Origin: Podarcis filfolensis
Lineage: Eukaryota
Strand: one strand, 5' to 3'
NCBI GenBank assembly: GCA_964270895.1
Contig: OZ185436.1
DNA: 64,000 nucleotides
Translations under genes and position numbers: made by a program
Notes under the pieces: model-generated
Seen by the model: the letters and a program-made list of their open reading frames with translations, nothing else
What the model was told of the DNA's origin: nothing
Database searches by the model: none
Shown here: positions 1-11,242 of the stretch, one piece after another
How positions within the stretch are numbered: the stretch's first letter is position 1
How the letters are laid out: each line of letters begins with the position of its first letter

Positions 1-209
1 TTCCCCGAAATGCAGCAATGGTCCACCAAGGGACCAAGAACAGAGACACTCTGAGTTCCTGGAAAGAAGTACATTCTCTGATCCTAGCTTTTCACAAAAA
101 GAAGCGTATACCCTTATTATTACAGATGGTCAAACAATGTAACGCTCCTCCTATCCAAACACAGCCCTTCTCGCTCGGGGCACAGGTTGTGCATCAAGAA
201 CCTACGTAC

Positions 210-302
210 CAAAGACGACACAAGGGCAGAGCTGGAGACACTGGGCACCTTGTCCACAATCGCCTGCTTCATGTAGCGCTCGATGGCTTGCAGCATGGTC
301 GT
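210..302 (-). CDS. COPG1: COPG1 coding exon 7 (93 nt)
   Basis: [31 protein letters not shown]; AG at 303-304, GT at 208-209. Confidence 0.97.
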
Positions 303-526
303 CTGAGGGGATGGCAAAGCGAGAGATGCTTGTGAGAGCAGAAACAGGAGGCCATTTGGCAGGAGGACTTCAAAGAAGGGGAAAAGTGAACAACAAAGAA
401 GCGAGTCAGGAAGCAAGGGAGAAGAGGGAGACTCAAGAGAGACAGTGATTGGAAGGATGGGGAAAGACAGCAGGGGTAGCCAGGAGAAAAAGATCCGCCA
501 GCAAAGAATTACACAGTGGCACTTAC

Positions 527-602
527 ATCGGTAATCTGGCAGAGGGCTCGTACAGCAGGGCCTCTGTAGTTGTCATCTTTCCCTGTCATATCTTTGGTTA
601 AA
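527..602 (-). CDS. COPG1: COPG1 coding exon 6 (76 nt)
   Basis: (S)[25 protein letters not shown]; AG/GTAAGT. Confidence 0.97.
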
Positions 603-1864
603 CTGGATTAAAATAAGGAAAAGTTTTTAGGACTGCTTTCATAAACAGTAGACAACGGTGGCGAGAGCTGTAAGAAAAACACTGGGACCTAATTTGATCA
701 GTAGAATGTTTGGTATCTGGTGGGCAGGGATTGTGTGTTCTGCTCCGGAATCAGCCCCTCTCTTCAGTGTGATCCGTTATGTTCAGTTAAGAATGTCCGT
801 TAAGAGGGACCAACTGCCTCTTCTTGTTTTCTTGCCTCAGACTCGACTCACAATGTTGTTTTAGTCTCGCTCATCATGTTATTTTGCTACAGTTTTCTCT
901 CAGTTTATTATTAAAGCTTGTTTACATTTACGTGAGCCACTTATTTTTCTCAAAGAAAAAGAAACTCCGCTGAAGAATGCTGGAATATCCTAAACTTGGG
1001 TGAGCGAGGGGATATTCCCAGTTTGCCAGGAGGATTAATTTTGTTAATCACCTCACCACCACCTCCTCCACAACAAGAGCTGCAGGCCAGAAGAAACAGA
1101 AGCACGTTCTCAACAAGATGGAAATGCCTTTGTGGGAGCGGCCCAAAGGGCCACAATAAGTATGATGATGTGTACCCTGTAAATCCTTGAGTGTGCTCCT
1201 AAGAGAGAAGTTATGGTACCCTGTTACTTTATGAAACTGATGATTTTGCAACATGTGCCGCCCTCATTGGGGGCAGGAAAACAGCTAATAGGTAAATCAC
1301 AAGATACAGCACAAAAGCTATAATACGAGTTGCTACACCTTAAGAATGTGGTTCGTTGTCTTTCAAAATGTGTATGCTCTCACACACTCAAAAGTAAGGT
1401 GCAACTACTGCTCAAATTTGCCTGCAAACATTGACAAGCATTGCTGTTAACAGTTTCTACTGAGTCAAAACATTCCTTATCTCCACGTATGCTAGAAAGA
1501 TTCTCATGAAAGTACCCACAGGATAAAAAAGCAAAAGGTTTTTTTTAAGAGGGGGAAAAGAAAAAAGGCACTATTATCTTGTTGTTTTGTCTTGATTTCC
1601 CAGCTGCAGTGAACATGCTTGGATTGCTCCAGGATTGGAGTTGTCCAACTGCACTGAGAAGACTTCAGCATCTGTCTTTCAATACCCTTTTTCAAGAAGA
1701 TCATTTCTTCCTCTCAAACACCCACCAACTTCATTGTTTCCTATAGGCACTGCTGCCAACCCTACTGGGCTAAAAGGGTCTCAGGAGATACACATACACA
1801 CACACACAACTTAAATTAAAAAAGGGGAAACAGTTGCATGGAGAACAGCTCAAGAAGGAATCAC

Positions 1865-1944
1865 CTGCTAGTCACAATGATGACATCCTCTGAGATGCTG
1901 GACATCTCTTTGATGGTCAGGTAGCACATTCTGCGGAGAGTTGG
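1865..1944 (-). CDS. COPG1: COPG1 coding exon 5 (80 nt)
   Basis: [26 protein letters not shown](S); AG/GTGA. Confidence 0.97.
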
Positions 1945-2045
1945 CTGGCAGAAAAACAAGGAAGATAAGTGTTATGACGCATAAAAAATGGACAGGGTAT
2001 AATATCACTGCCCTGGGATCCTTTGGGAGGAAGAGTGGGATACCT

Positions 2046-2079
<34 letters not shown>
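2046..2079. repeat. (ATCA)n microsatellite
   Basis: Direct tandem tetranucleotide run. Confidence 0.95.
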
Positions 2080-2080
<1 letters not shown>

Positions 2081-2159
2081 TTGCTATCATTTCTGGGGGG
2101 GAACAGGAGTCGCCAAACATTTTGCTATTGGCTCACCCAGAACATATTTTTGTATGAGT

Positions 2160-2345
2160 CATAGCTCAGTGACAGAGCATCTGCTTTGCATGCAGAAGGT
2201 CCAGGTTCAATCCTCAGCATCCCCAGGTCGGGCTGGAATAGATTTGTTGTCTGAAATCCTGGACAACCACTGCCAATCAGTGTAGGCTATACTGAGCTAG
2301 ATGGACTAATGGTCGAATTTGATATAAGACAACTTCCTATGTTCC
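2160..2345 (+). mobile_element. Old tRNA-derived SINE with LINE-like 3' tail
   Basis: A-box-like TAGCTCAGTG, B-box-like GGTTCAATCC, tail ...GAGCTAGATGGAC...TTCCTATGTTCC; related copy at about 4507-4685. Confidence 0.7.
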
Positions 2346-2409
2346 CATGACTGCACTTGACCAATAGCATATATCAAAAAATAAACTGTTTTGTCATGAG
2401 AAGAAAGGA

Positions 2410-2531
2410 GGCTGCATATGAGCAGAGGTTGGATAGCCACCTGTCATGGATGCTTCAGTTGAGATTCCTGCATTGCAGGAGGCTGCAGTAGATGACCCTT
2501 GGGTCCAACTCTGCAAATCTATGATTCTATG
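2410..2531 (+). mobile_element. CR1 LINE 3' end fragment
   Basis: TTCCTGCATTGCAGG...TAGATGACCCT...ends in (ATTCTATG)-type repeats typical of CR1. Confidence 0.75.
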
Positions 2532-2646
2532 AGAAACAAATGTAACAATGGCTTCAGGCCATTTTGGGAGTGGACCTGCCACCCCACCATTTTGCCAAAG
2601 TGGCTCTTTGGCATAATGATTTCTTGCCCAGGACTGCACACTAAAG

Positions 2647-2833
2647 CAGGCCTGTCCAACAGGTTGATTGTGATCTACTGGTCGATCGATCGTGGGACGT
2701 CTGTGGTCGATGCTAGGAGCCTCAACTCAACAACTCTAGCTCCCTAAAACATTGGGCAATCCAATGGGTAGATCACTGCCAGTTGTTTTATAGTGGGAGT
2801 AGATTGCAGTCTCTTGGAGTTTGGACAGCCCTG
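2647..2833. mobile_element. hAT (Charlie-type) MITE
   Basis: TIRs CAGGCCTGTCCAAC / GTTTGGACAGCCCTG; perfect 8-bp TSD CACTAAAG at 2639-2646 and 2834-2841. Confidence 0.9.
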
Positions 2834-2906
2834 CACTAAAGGATAGGCCTCCCGTACTCTTCCCCTCCCCTATGTGAACATATAGAGGCAGACTTGGCAT
2901 GCTTAC

Positions 2907-2978
2907 ATCATTGGACTGGAACAGCTTGGTCATTGCAAAGAAGGATTCTGTGGCTTCCATCACACCAAGGTGCTCCCC
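2907..2978 (-). CDS. COPG1: COPG1 coding exon 4 (72 nt)
   Basis: [24 protein letters not shown]; AG/GTAAG. Confidence 0.97.
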
Positions 2979-3657
2979 CTGGAATGCACGGAAGAAACCC
3001 ATCAACATTTATTAGCAACTAGAATCAATGGTGGAATAAACTGCAGTGAGCATTGCCGCAGAAATCACATCTACACTAGCTATCGCTTTAAGCAACAGAG
3101 GGAAGTTCATGTCAATAGTTTGCCAAGGCTGGGAGGTCAGAAAGAAGCAACTTTGTTAACATCATCTTTGTGGAAAAGGACCCCTGCCACAAGAGCTTCT
3201 TGCTGGCATCTGTTTGTCTCCATTGTCTCAAGAGACAATGGAGTGTGCCTCTGGGCATGAAGTCAAACTGTTGCATTAGCAGCACAGAAGTGACCTCCCT
3301 CTTGGCCTCACTGATGTGGTCAAAAGAAAGCAGAGCAATACCTTTGGCACCAGTTAGGCTACAGGAATTGCTGGAAGGAGGCTACCTTCCCAGGTGGAAA
3401 GAACCAACTACCTCTTCAAAAGAGAGTCACTTTGAGAACTGGCACAGGCTACTTGGTTGCTGCTTGATGACAGTACCTGCTTCATCAGCCTGGAGGGGGG
3501 AAAGGAAACACTACCAAGACAATTCACAACCCACTGCTATTGAAACAACCGTTCTTCCAAGCAGTACAGCACAAGCTCTACTCATGAGCAGTGGGGCAGA
3601 AAAGTTCTGGTTTAGCAGAAACCATTGCAAATGAAAAAATAAAAGTCTTCCCATTAC

Positions 3658-3738
3658 CTGGTTTATGAGATACAAAATCTTGGTGAGGATGTGAGCACAT
3701 TTCCGAGGGTTTATAGGTGTCTCATTGAATACTCGAGC
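3658..3738 (-). CDS. COPG1: COPG1 coding exon 3 (81 nt)
   Basis: [27 protein letters not shown]; AG/GTAA. Confidence 0.97.
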
Positions 3739-3828
3739 CTGGGAAGAAAGATGTGAATGAATGAGATCTCAGAGGTATGCCAAAATGTGTTTCCTTGAGA
3801 AAAAGACCAGCACTGTTAAAGAACTTAC

Positions 3829-3881
3829 TTCTTGCAGCACAGCACTTTTCTCTAAGTGTTGGAATGGATTGGAACCCCCAC
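3829..3881 (-). CDS. COPG1: COPG1 coding exon 2 (53 nt)
   Basis: (G)GGSNPFQHLEKSAVLQE; AG/GTAAG. Confidence 0.97.
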
Positions 3882-4506
3882 CTGCAACAAAAGAACATCG
3901 AATGTGATCATGACCAAGGATTTTTCACTATGTGTAAAATCCAGTAAGCTGGAAAGCCTGAATTTCAGCCACCATCAACTTTGCTGGGGTGAATATTTAT
4001 CTCCGTGGAATCCTCAAAAAAGAACTTTTAATGTAGATCTGGGAATTCCTCATATGTGATAGGCTAAGACCTCTACAAGTCATCCCATATATTGAGGCTG
4101 ACAAGCTATATGCAATTAAGACCATTGTAACCAACCCTGTGAAAGCGAAGGAAGTATTTCAAAAAGTTTAGATATATTTAGCTACTTGAGCAACCAGAAG
4201 CTTGGAAATTTACCAACTCTGTAAAAGAGTCTTACATACAGAAAAACTTCTGATGAGAGAAGATCTCATAACTCAGCGACAGAGCACATGAATTGCGTGA
4301 ACAAGGTCTCAGGTTCAATTTTTCTCCTCCCCCAGTTGCTATTAACCTCAAGATAGGTACACCCATTAACCCTATTTCTGATATTCTATGAATTCAAATA
4401 CCACTTCCCAGCCCTTTGCTCAAAAAGAAAGAAAAAACAATAGTGTACAACCAAAAACAAAACAAAACAAATAAAATTTATGCAGCCCTGTCTCATCTAC
4501 AGTTTA

Positions 4507-4685
4507 TAGCTGAGCAGTAAAGCATATGCACTGCATGTAGAATAAAACAGGTTCAAATTCCCAGCATCTCCCATCAGAGCTGAAAATGTCTTCTGTCTGG
4601 AAACTCTGAAGAGTTGCTGCCCACCAGAGTCAGCAATGCTGAGCTAGACTGACCAATGGTCAGGCTTGGTATAAGGCGGTTTCCT
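4507..4685 (+). mobile_element. Degenerate tRNA-derived SINE, same family as 2160-2345
   Basis: Shares the head GGTTCAAATTCCCAGCATCTCC and the GAGCTAGA...AATGGTC...ATAAGG tail. Confidence 0.6.
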
Positions 4686-5033
4686 TTGTACTCACAGCTT
4701 ACAAACAAAAGAAACTCAGTTGTAGGTGACTTAGTTATCCAACATATCTTGTCAACCAAATTCATTAGCTGTTCCCTCATCCACCCAAGGTACTGCCCTA
4801 AAATGAGCATCCCTATTGTTTCAAAAGAAGGGTGGCTTGCAGACATCTATCAACAAAGCTGTACCATATCTGAAATAAAGATGGAGAGAGAAACCACTGA
4901 TAGGCACTTGCCTTATACACACACAGAGAGAGGAAAGGAGAAGGTGTCATTTTGCTTTCTCTCCAAACATGCAAAAAACTCACCAGTCAAATGTAAGCAC
5001 TATTTATTTATAGACTGCCTAATGTCACATTTA

Positions 5034-5393
5034 GGGACGCGGGTGGCGCTGTGGGTAAAACCTCAGCGCCTAGGACTTGCCGATCAATGGTCGGCGGTTC
5101 GAATCCCCGCGGCGGGGTGCGCTCCCGTCGTTCGGTCCCAGCGCCTGCCAACCTAGCAGTTCGAAAGCACCCTCGGGTGCAAGTAGATAATTAGGGACCG
5201 CTTACCAGCGGGAAGGTAAACGGCGTTCCGTGTGCTGCGCTGGCTTGCCAGATGCAGCTTGTCACGCTGGCCACGTGACCCGGAAGTGTCTGCGGACAGC
5301 GCTGGCCCCCGGCCTCTTAAGTGAGATGAGCGCACAACCCTAGAGTCTGGCAAGACTGGCCCGTACGGGCAGGGGTACCTTTACCTTTACCTT
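5034..5393 (+). mobile_element. Full-length Sauria SINE (Squam1, lacertid type)
   Basis: Starts GGGACGCGGGTGGCGCTGTGGG, B-box GGTTCGAATCCC, ends (ACCTTT)n; 13-bp TSD TAATGTCACATTT at 5020-5032 and 5394-5406. Confidence 0.93.
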
Positions 5394-5984
5394 TAATGTC
5401 ACATTTGGAACTGTACAACTAAAACAGTCCAAGAGCACTTGCCTAGGGCTTTATAAGTTGCCAAGTGAGGCCCAAGAGATTAGGAGAGACGGGGAAAAAT
5501 AGTAGATAAATTTTCCAATGGAAATGGAACAGCTATGGGGTGGGAAAGTATACCACTGCTGAACCACCATACAGTAAAAGTATATTATGGTTGATCAAAA
5601 TAAACCTTGTACAGAAAGACCATAATAACAGTTTAAAGCCTTATTAAAATAAGATGTGAAAGAGATATAGATGCACTTCCTTTAAGATCACCTTTATTTA
5701 TCTGATGAATCGCTTCCCATGAAGCATCTTGAAGCAATTCAACAATCAAAACATACATGCCAACAAGAATTCCTATGTAAGAAGAATTTCACATATAAAT
5801 CGTAGAATTGCAAGGGACCTCGAGGATCATCTAGCCCAACTGTCTGCAATGCAGAAATCTCAAGAGGCGGCTCCCCATCCTATTCGAAACCATACTGGAC
5901 CCTGCTTAGCTTTGCAAACGTGCTAATAGTTTCATTGATGCCCAACTGGGACGACAAATGAGCTGCTATTTCCCATTAACTCAC

Positions 5985-6021
5985 CGGACTCCTCGTCCTT
6001 CTTATCGAACTTCTTCAGCAT
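5985..6021 (-). CDS. COPG1: COPG1 coding exon 1 (37 nt, start codon at 6021)
   Basis: ATG CTG AAG AAG TTC GAT AAG AAG GAC GAG GAG TCC G followed by GTGAG. Confidence 0.97.
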
Positions 6022-6611
6022 CCTGTCCTTGTGTTGCTGCAGGGGCCGCGGAGAAGTTTGAGAGCCCAGGCCGGCAGGCGACGCAGCCCGGCCAAGGGGA
6101 GAGGCAAGAAGCGCGGACCCCGAGCAGGGCTATCAGGCTACTAAGGTGGCCTGCGCCTCCCTGGGCATCCCTGGAGCTCCGACTTCCTGCAAAGGCGCCA
6201 CTTCCTGCCAGCATGTCACCGGGACAGCTCAGCACCACAGCAGCGCGCAGGCGCCCTCGTCGCCTCGCGGGCTGCCTAGGGCTCGACGTGGCTGCCAGCA
6301 GTAGGGCGGAGATGGAGGGGCGCGGGGGCGGGGAGATGACCGCGAGGCGTCCTTGATTCTCAAGCCAATGGCTGCGCCGGATTGGGAACCGAGAGAACGT
6401 GATCCTGACCAATCGCTTTCAAGGAACGCGGATATTTGAGAGGGAGGGAAGCGGAAGCGCCGCGGCGGAGGGGAGAGCTACGCGTGGGCAGCGCGGGAGC
6501 AAATCTCGAGCAGGACTGAGGGAATCGGGTTTATTCCGGACCCTTGCGGGCAAGAGAAGGGAGGCTCCGCCTCTTATTTTCCCGCCTCAGCCGCCGAGAG
6601 ACGCCGCCCAC

Positions 6612-7037
6612 ATGGCCACCTCGATGAACTTTAAAACCTATGTGGATCAAGCTTGCCGAGCTGCGGAAGAATTCGCAAATATTTACTATGAAACCATGGA
6701 TAAAAGGAGGCGGGCGCTGACCAAACTCTACCAGGAGAAAGCGACCCTCGTTTGGAATGGGAATGCAGTCTCTGGGCAAGCAGCCCTGGCGGAGTTCTTC
6801 GAAAAGCTGCCTTCAAGCGATTTTCAAATTACCACCTTTGATTGCCAGCCTGTTCACGAGCAAGCCACAGAGAACCACAACACGATCCTGATCGTGACAT
6901 ACGGGTTCGTCAAGTTTGATGGCAACGAGCAGCAGTACTTCAACCAGAGCTTCTTGCTAACAGCGCAGACCACAAACAACAGCACAGTGTGGAAGATCGC
7001 AAGCGACTGCTTCCGCTTCCTGGACTCTCCGAATTAG
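6612..7037 (+). CDS. NTF2-related export protein (NXT2-like), single-exon intact ORF of 141 aa, probable retrogene
   Basis: [36 protein letters not shown]...WNGNAVSG...[10 protein letters not shown]...[11 protein letters not shown] is clearly NXT1/NXT2 family; no introns; ATG in CACATGG context; TAG at 7035-7037. Symbol left blank because orthology (NXT2 retrocopy vs NXT1) is unresolved. Confidence 0.93.
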   Translation: MATSMNFKTYVDQACRAAEEFANIYYETMDKRRRALTKLYQEKATLVWNGNAVSGQAALAEFFEKLPSSDFQITTFDCQPVHEQATENHNTILIVTYGFVKFDGNEQQYFNQSFLLTAQTTNNSTVWKIASDCFRFLDSPN

Positions 7038-7169
7038 TGGGCAACCGCAGTTGGGTATATTTTCCTCTGGACAAGCTAATTGGCTTTCAGGATGGCCATA
7101 CTCTGGCTGTGGGAAAGTCCCTCCTCTTTGGAAGAACTGCATCTTGCCAGGAACTGTCAACTTCACAAA

Positions 7170-7175
7170 AATAAA
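7170..7175 (+). terminator. Candidate poly(A) signal for the NXT-like gene
   Basis: AATAAA about 130 nt after the stop codon; use not verifiable from sequence. Confidence 0.4.
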
Positions 7176-10100
7176 ACTTGAAAAGAAGGGCTGTTCCTTT
7201 CAGAACATTTGCATTGATGCTGTTTGGAGAGCCACCAGTGCTTAATTCTAATTGTTCCAATACGGCTGTTATCCTATGGTATCGTTTCAGTTGGTTTTCA
7301 TGAATAAGAGTAAAAGTCCTCTGCTGCTTATTCTTATTTGTGTTTTCTCTTGGTTTTTTTTCCTGACAAGGTTTCAGTGCCTTGATTAGCTGCCTAACAA
7401 GCAGAAGTCAGTCAAGGAAGTGTTTCCCCATTGTCCCATTCTGGGAGAAAGTTAGACCTCTCAAATTTATTTGTTACGTTGTTTTTTAAATTTCTATGCT
7501 GCCCTTCATCTGACGATCATAGGGCAGTTTACAATATAAAAACACAAAAATACATAACATAGTAACAAACAAAAATACCACCCCCCAAAGAATTTGTGTT
7601 ATTAAACTGTTAATAGGGGCAAGGAAAGGGACATATCATGCTTGGCTTAGTCATGCCTGTATGGGCCTATTTCTTCCAACATACTGTACTTTGTAAATAG
7701 AACAAACCTTAACAAAGACCCCATAAGCATTCTCTCAATGCCTAAGTACCCAGGGTTCTCTCATCCAAGATAACAATCCTGTAATTTTGTAATGTTGGCC
7801 TTCCATCACTTGGAAAAAGCAGGGATCACTTAACCGCGTAACAAAATGTTAGGAGTTAAGGTGTATTAGGTGGTGGAAATGTGAAGCATATCAAGGACAT
7901 ATACTAAACCAGCAGAGCTTGTTTCAACCTGGAACTGAATCGGCAGTAGAGACAAGCTTGCCAAGATACTAGTCTTAGATGAGCTACTGAGTAGTCCCAT
8001 GCTTTTGCATAATCATAGTGGAATATTCTATTCTGTTCCTTGAACTGAGCTTAAAAAAGAAACCCTTGAGTCAGAGGAATTTAAGCTTCTCCCTGCTCAC
8101 CAGACAAAAGAATGGCAATGGGACCAAATGAAAATTGTAATCCTAAATGTTCTTACTAAATATACTTACTCAGTGCAGCTTACTCCTAACAACATATGCT
8201 TAGAAGTTTGCTGTGAAAATGCTAACCTAACCAGCATGAGGACCAGAATCTTGACTATTGTGTAAAAACCGCTCCCCAAATACATTTCACCACCAGTCTC
8301 TTCAATTGTACCGTTGAGACCTAGTTGTAGATTCCATTCGTTTAAGAATGATAGTTATTATACGCTTATCAACACTTCCTGTTGTCTGCTGTGGAATGCT
8401 ACTTTGTCCTTTTCAAGGAGAAAGCAAGCAAGAAGCTCATTCAAAATACCCCCTCATACCAATCTCTTACATTCTGCAAATATTCAAAAAGAGAGATGTA
8501 CCTACTGTCGATCCAGTGGTCCTCAAAGAACATGTTGACGGTGGTCAGCTTCAGCTAGAGTACGCAGGGACGTCTTGTGGCGGCTTGTGCTGTACCTACA
8601 CTACACAAGTGGCCTGTGTACTTTGCACCAAGCTGCCAGCCGCTGTTATCTCAAAATGTTCACTAAAGAAGCTAGAGTCAGGGTCCAGCAACGAAAGGTG
8701 ACGCTTCAGATTTGCTCCCTGCTAGCTTTGCAGCAGGTGCCATCACTGCACTGCTAAAAACTTCGCTGTCAGGTTATATTTGTTTTCAATGTCTTACTGA
8801 TTTTATCTGTTTTTATTAAGGTTTTATTTCTGTTTTACATTGGTGTATGTAATTTAGTCAAATTTTATATTTAGATAGGACTTGTACACTGCTTGGATTT
8901 TTTTTTTTTTTGGTTGAGATAGCAGTTCATAAAATTTCTAATGGATACATTTAAAAAAACAGTCTTTCTGGAGAATAATACCCCAAGTAGTGATCTGGAC
9001 ATGTAAAACATAAACTTATTCCATCTTAGCTACACAATGTATCACCCATTATCATTTTCTACTTCAGTTTTCAAATAATAGTTAAGCTAGAAGGAAAATG
9101 CATATTGAATTGTCACAATATTTTTCAGTCTTATATGAGTTGTATATACAATCCAAACCAGGATGGCATCTTAACCAGAAACCTGGGAATTGGGGCTGAT
9201 TCCAAAGTCAGTCTTTATATCCAAGAAACTCTGGAAGCCTGTTTAATATGCAGTGAGTAATTTCAGCTTCTTTTACATCAGGGGTAAGGAGATCTGTTGG
9301 ACTCCCAATTCCCCATCAGCCCCCAACCAACATGGTCAGAGATCTAGAATGACCGAGGAGTCATAATCCAAGAATATCTGGAGGGCTATACAGTAGATCC
9401 CCCCAATGCCTACTTTCTTTAGCTACTCTACTGCAAGCATAAATTTTGTTGGAAAGTACAAAACCAAGCACAACAGGCAACCTCCGTGTGGGTGTGCATG
9501 CGTGTGGGTGTACATGCAGTCTCAAAGCCCAAGGTAATACACATTTCAATCAAAATGTTTGTTTTTTAAAAAAATAAGCAACAACACCACTTATACCTTA
9601 TTTAACTGAACTCTAGCTGCCCAGATGATACAGTGAAAACTAGGACACTTCACCTTTGGATGCAGTTGCATGTTTTTTTGAAAGCCCAAGGTCCATAGTG
9701 TTGTTACATCAAGGGTGGGTGGGAGGCATGACCTTACAGCTTTTTCTGATGCTCTTTTTAGCTATTGTTATAGAAAGTTAACTATGGTGTGAGTAAGATG
9801 TCTACCTCTACATACATATGCTTCTCATTTAATGAGGTTTATTTATAATATTGCGGCAGGGGAGGAAGGCAGGAAAAACTACTTTGCAGGGGACAGTGCC
9901 TCACTGCATTGCTGTAGTGCTGATGAGATGAAAGAAATGATGAGTCTAAAGGAGTTCTGTCCTCAGGTTAAGAAGCCCTATGTAAGGGCTGCCTCAAAAC
10001 ATTATTTTCCATGCCAAGCCTCACAGAGCAAGGTTCAGCTGATGCCCTCACCACTTCATGCTCTGGTCTTCCTCGTGGGTATCCCATAGGCGTTTGGTTG

Positions 10101-10497
10101 GCCAGTGCGAGAATGATATGCTGGTCTAGATGGGCTTTTGGATTGATTGATCTAGCAGTTCTCTCCTTCTGTTCACTGCAACTGGTAGACGAGAGCATGT
10201 GCTGGTGCCCATTTGAGCCAAATCCATTGCTCTGCTCCCAAATTCATGGCTGCATTGACCTTCAAGAGCAGCAGCGCAAACAACAGTTATGGTTTGTTGC
10301 TTTCTGCTATCCACAGCCATTAGGGGAGGAAAGCAGGGAATCAGGTTGGCACGTGGACAGCCAAGAATAAAGTTTAGACAAAAGGGATTGGCTGTTACAA
10401 TGCCTCTGAAGCCACAATGGCCAGCGCCACTCACAATGCGTGAGCCATTGTGATGTAATGGAGTGTTGAGGCTTGAGTCAGGGGCTCAAACTGCACA

Positions 10498-10656
10498 CTT
10501 CTGAATACCACTTGCCAGAAAGCCACAGGAGGGGAGAGGGCTCTTGTGTATAGGTCCTGTTTGCAGGTTTCCTGCAGGTATTTGGCTGACCACTTTGAGA
10601 ACAGGATGCTGGACTAGATGGGCCATTGGCCTGATCCAACAGGCTCTTCTTATGTT
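10498..10656 (+). mobile_element. CR1-group LINE 3' end fragment
   Basis: GAGAACAGGATGCTGGACTAGATGGGCCATTGGCCTGATCC...TTCTTATGTT; homologous copies at about 10080-10165 (+), 18271-18452 (-), 47525-47680 (+), 50771-51056 (-). Confidence 0.75.
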
Positions 10657-10875
10657 ACAGCTTAAGACAACACATAATAGCTGCATCAGGACCGCCCAAA
10701 ACGTTTTGCTACCTGAGGCAAAGGACACGGTGGTGTACCCGCCCTCCCAACTGCACTCCACATGCAGAAACCAACCAGACTGTAAGTTGAACCTTCAGCA
10801 CTGACGATGGGACAGGGTCTTACAACACAACAGAAGGTAGCAGGCTATTTTAAGGAGCATAGGAAAGGTGGTGTG

Positions 10876-11242
10876 GCTGATCTTGTGATTACTGTGGAAG
10901 ACCCGAGGAGCAGCATACCGAGGGTCTTGGATAGGATCCAGGAGTTTGGTCAGGTGGCAGGTTTCAAATTAAATCAAAATAAAATGAAGGTCTTGGTGAA
11001 AAACGTGACAGAGCAATATAAAAAAGACTTACAACGAACCATGGAATTATCTATAGAAAAAAAGTTAAATACTTAGGTGTATGGCTGACATAAATATTTT
11101 TAAAGACAATTATATAACTACTTGGAAAGACATAAAGAAAAATTTAGAGATTTGGGGAAGGATGAACTTATTGCTATGGGGAAGGATTTCTGTAATAAAA
11201 ATGAATGTATTGCCAAGAATGTTATTTTTATTTCAGTCGGTA
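10876..11242 (+). mobile_element. L1/Tx1-clade LINE ORF2 reverse transcriptase fragment (frameshifted)
   Basis: ADLVITVEDP..LDRIQEFGQVAGFKLNQNK..YLG..WGRMNLLLWGRISVIKMNVLPRMLFLFQ matches the RT C-terminal region of L1-like elements. Confidence 0.85.

Larger units (their letters stand above)
1..6021 (-). other. COPG1: COPG1 (coatomer subunit gamma-1) gene, 5' part; coding exons 1-7 in window, gene continues beyond position 1
   Basis: Seven GT-AG exons splice in frame to [62 protein letters not shown]...[32 protein letters not shown] and VPSV match COPG1 rather than COPG2 as I recall them. Confidence 0.95.
5980..7040. promoter_or_regulatory. CpG island / divergent (bidirectional) promoter between COPG1 and the NXT-like gene
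   Basis: High GC and CpG density; start codons point away from each other about 590 bp apart; CCAAT boxes at 6365-6369, 6381-6385 (reverse) and 6409-6413; ETS-type ACTTCC/CGGAAG motifs near 6183, 6201 and 6452. Confidence 0.8.

Noticed and set aside
2160-5100. tRNA genes suggested by A/B-box motifs (also at 45260-45400)
   Set aside because: Each continues into a SINE body or tail, some with TSDs, and none forms a full cloverleaf.
210-6021. COPG2 as the identity of the coatomer gene
   Set aside because: Residues MLKK, GGGS, RVFN, RKCAH, HLG, MTKL and VPSV match COPG1; COPG2 as recalled has MIKK, GSGS, RIFN, RRCLH, HFG, MTRL and VSSV.
5958-6412. 132-aa (+) and 136-aa (-) ORFs over the promoter
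   Set aside because: Low-complexity Arg/Pro/Ala/Gly products expected from stop-poor GC-rich DNA; no recognisable homology.
6399-6611. 71-codon N-terminal extension of the NXT ORF in the track
   Set aside because: Starts at GTG in the CpG island with no similarity to NXT proteins; homology begins at the ATG at 6612.
6531-6816. Antisense ORFs overlapping the NXT-like gene
   Set aside because: Shadow frames of a GC-rich coding sequence; no independent evidence.
8348-8701. 117-aa plus-strand ORF with an acceptor-like TTTTCAAG at 8417
   Set aside because: No recognisable family, no partner exons and no donor identified; treated as a chance ORF.
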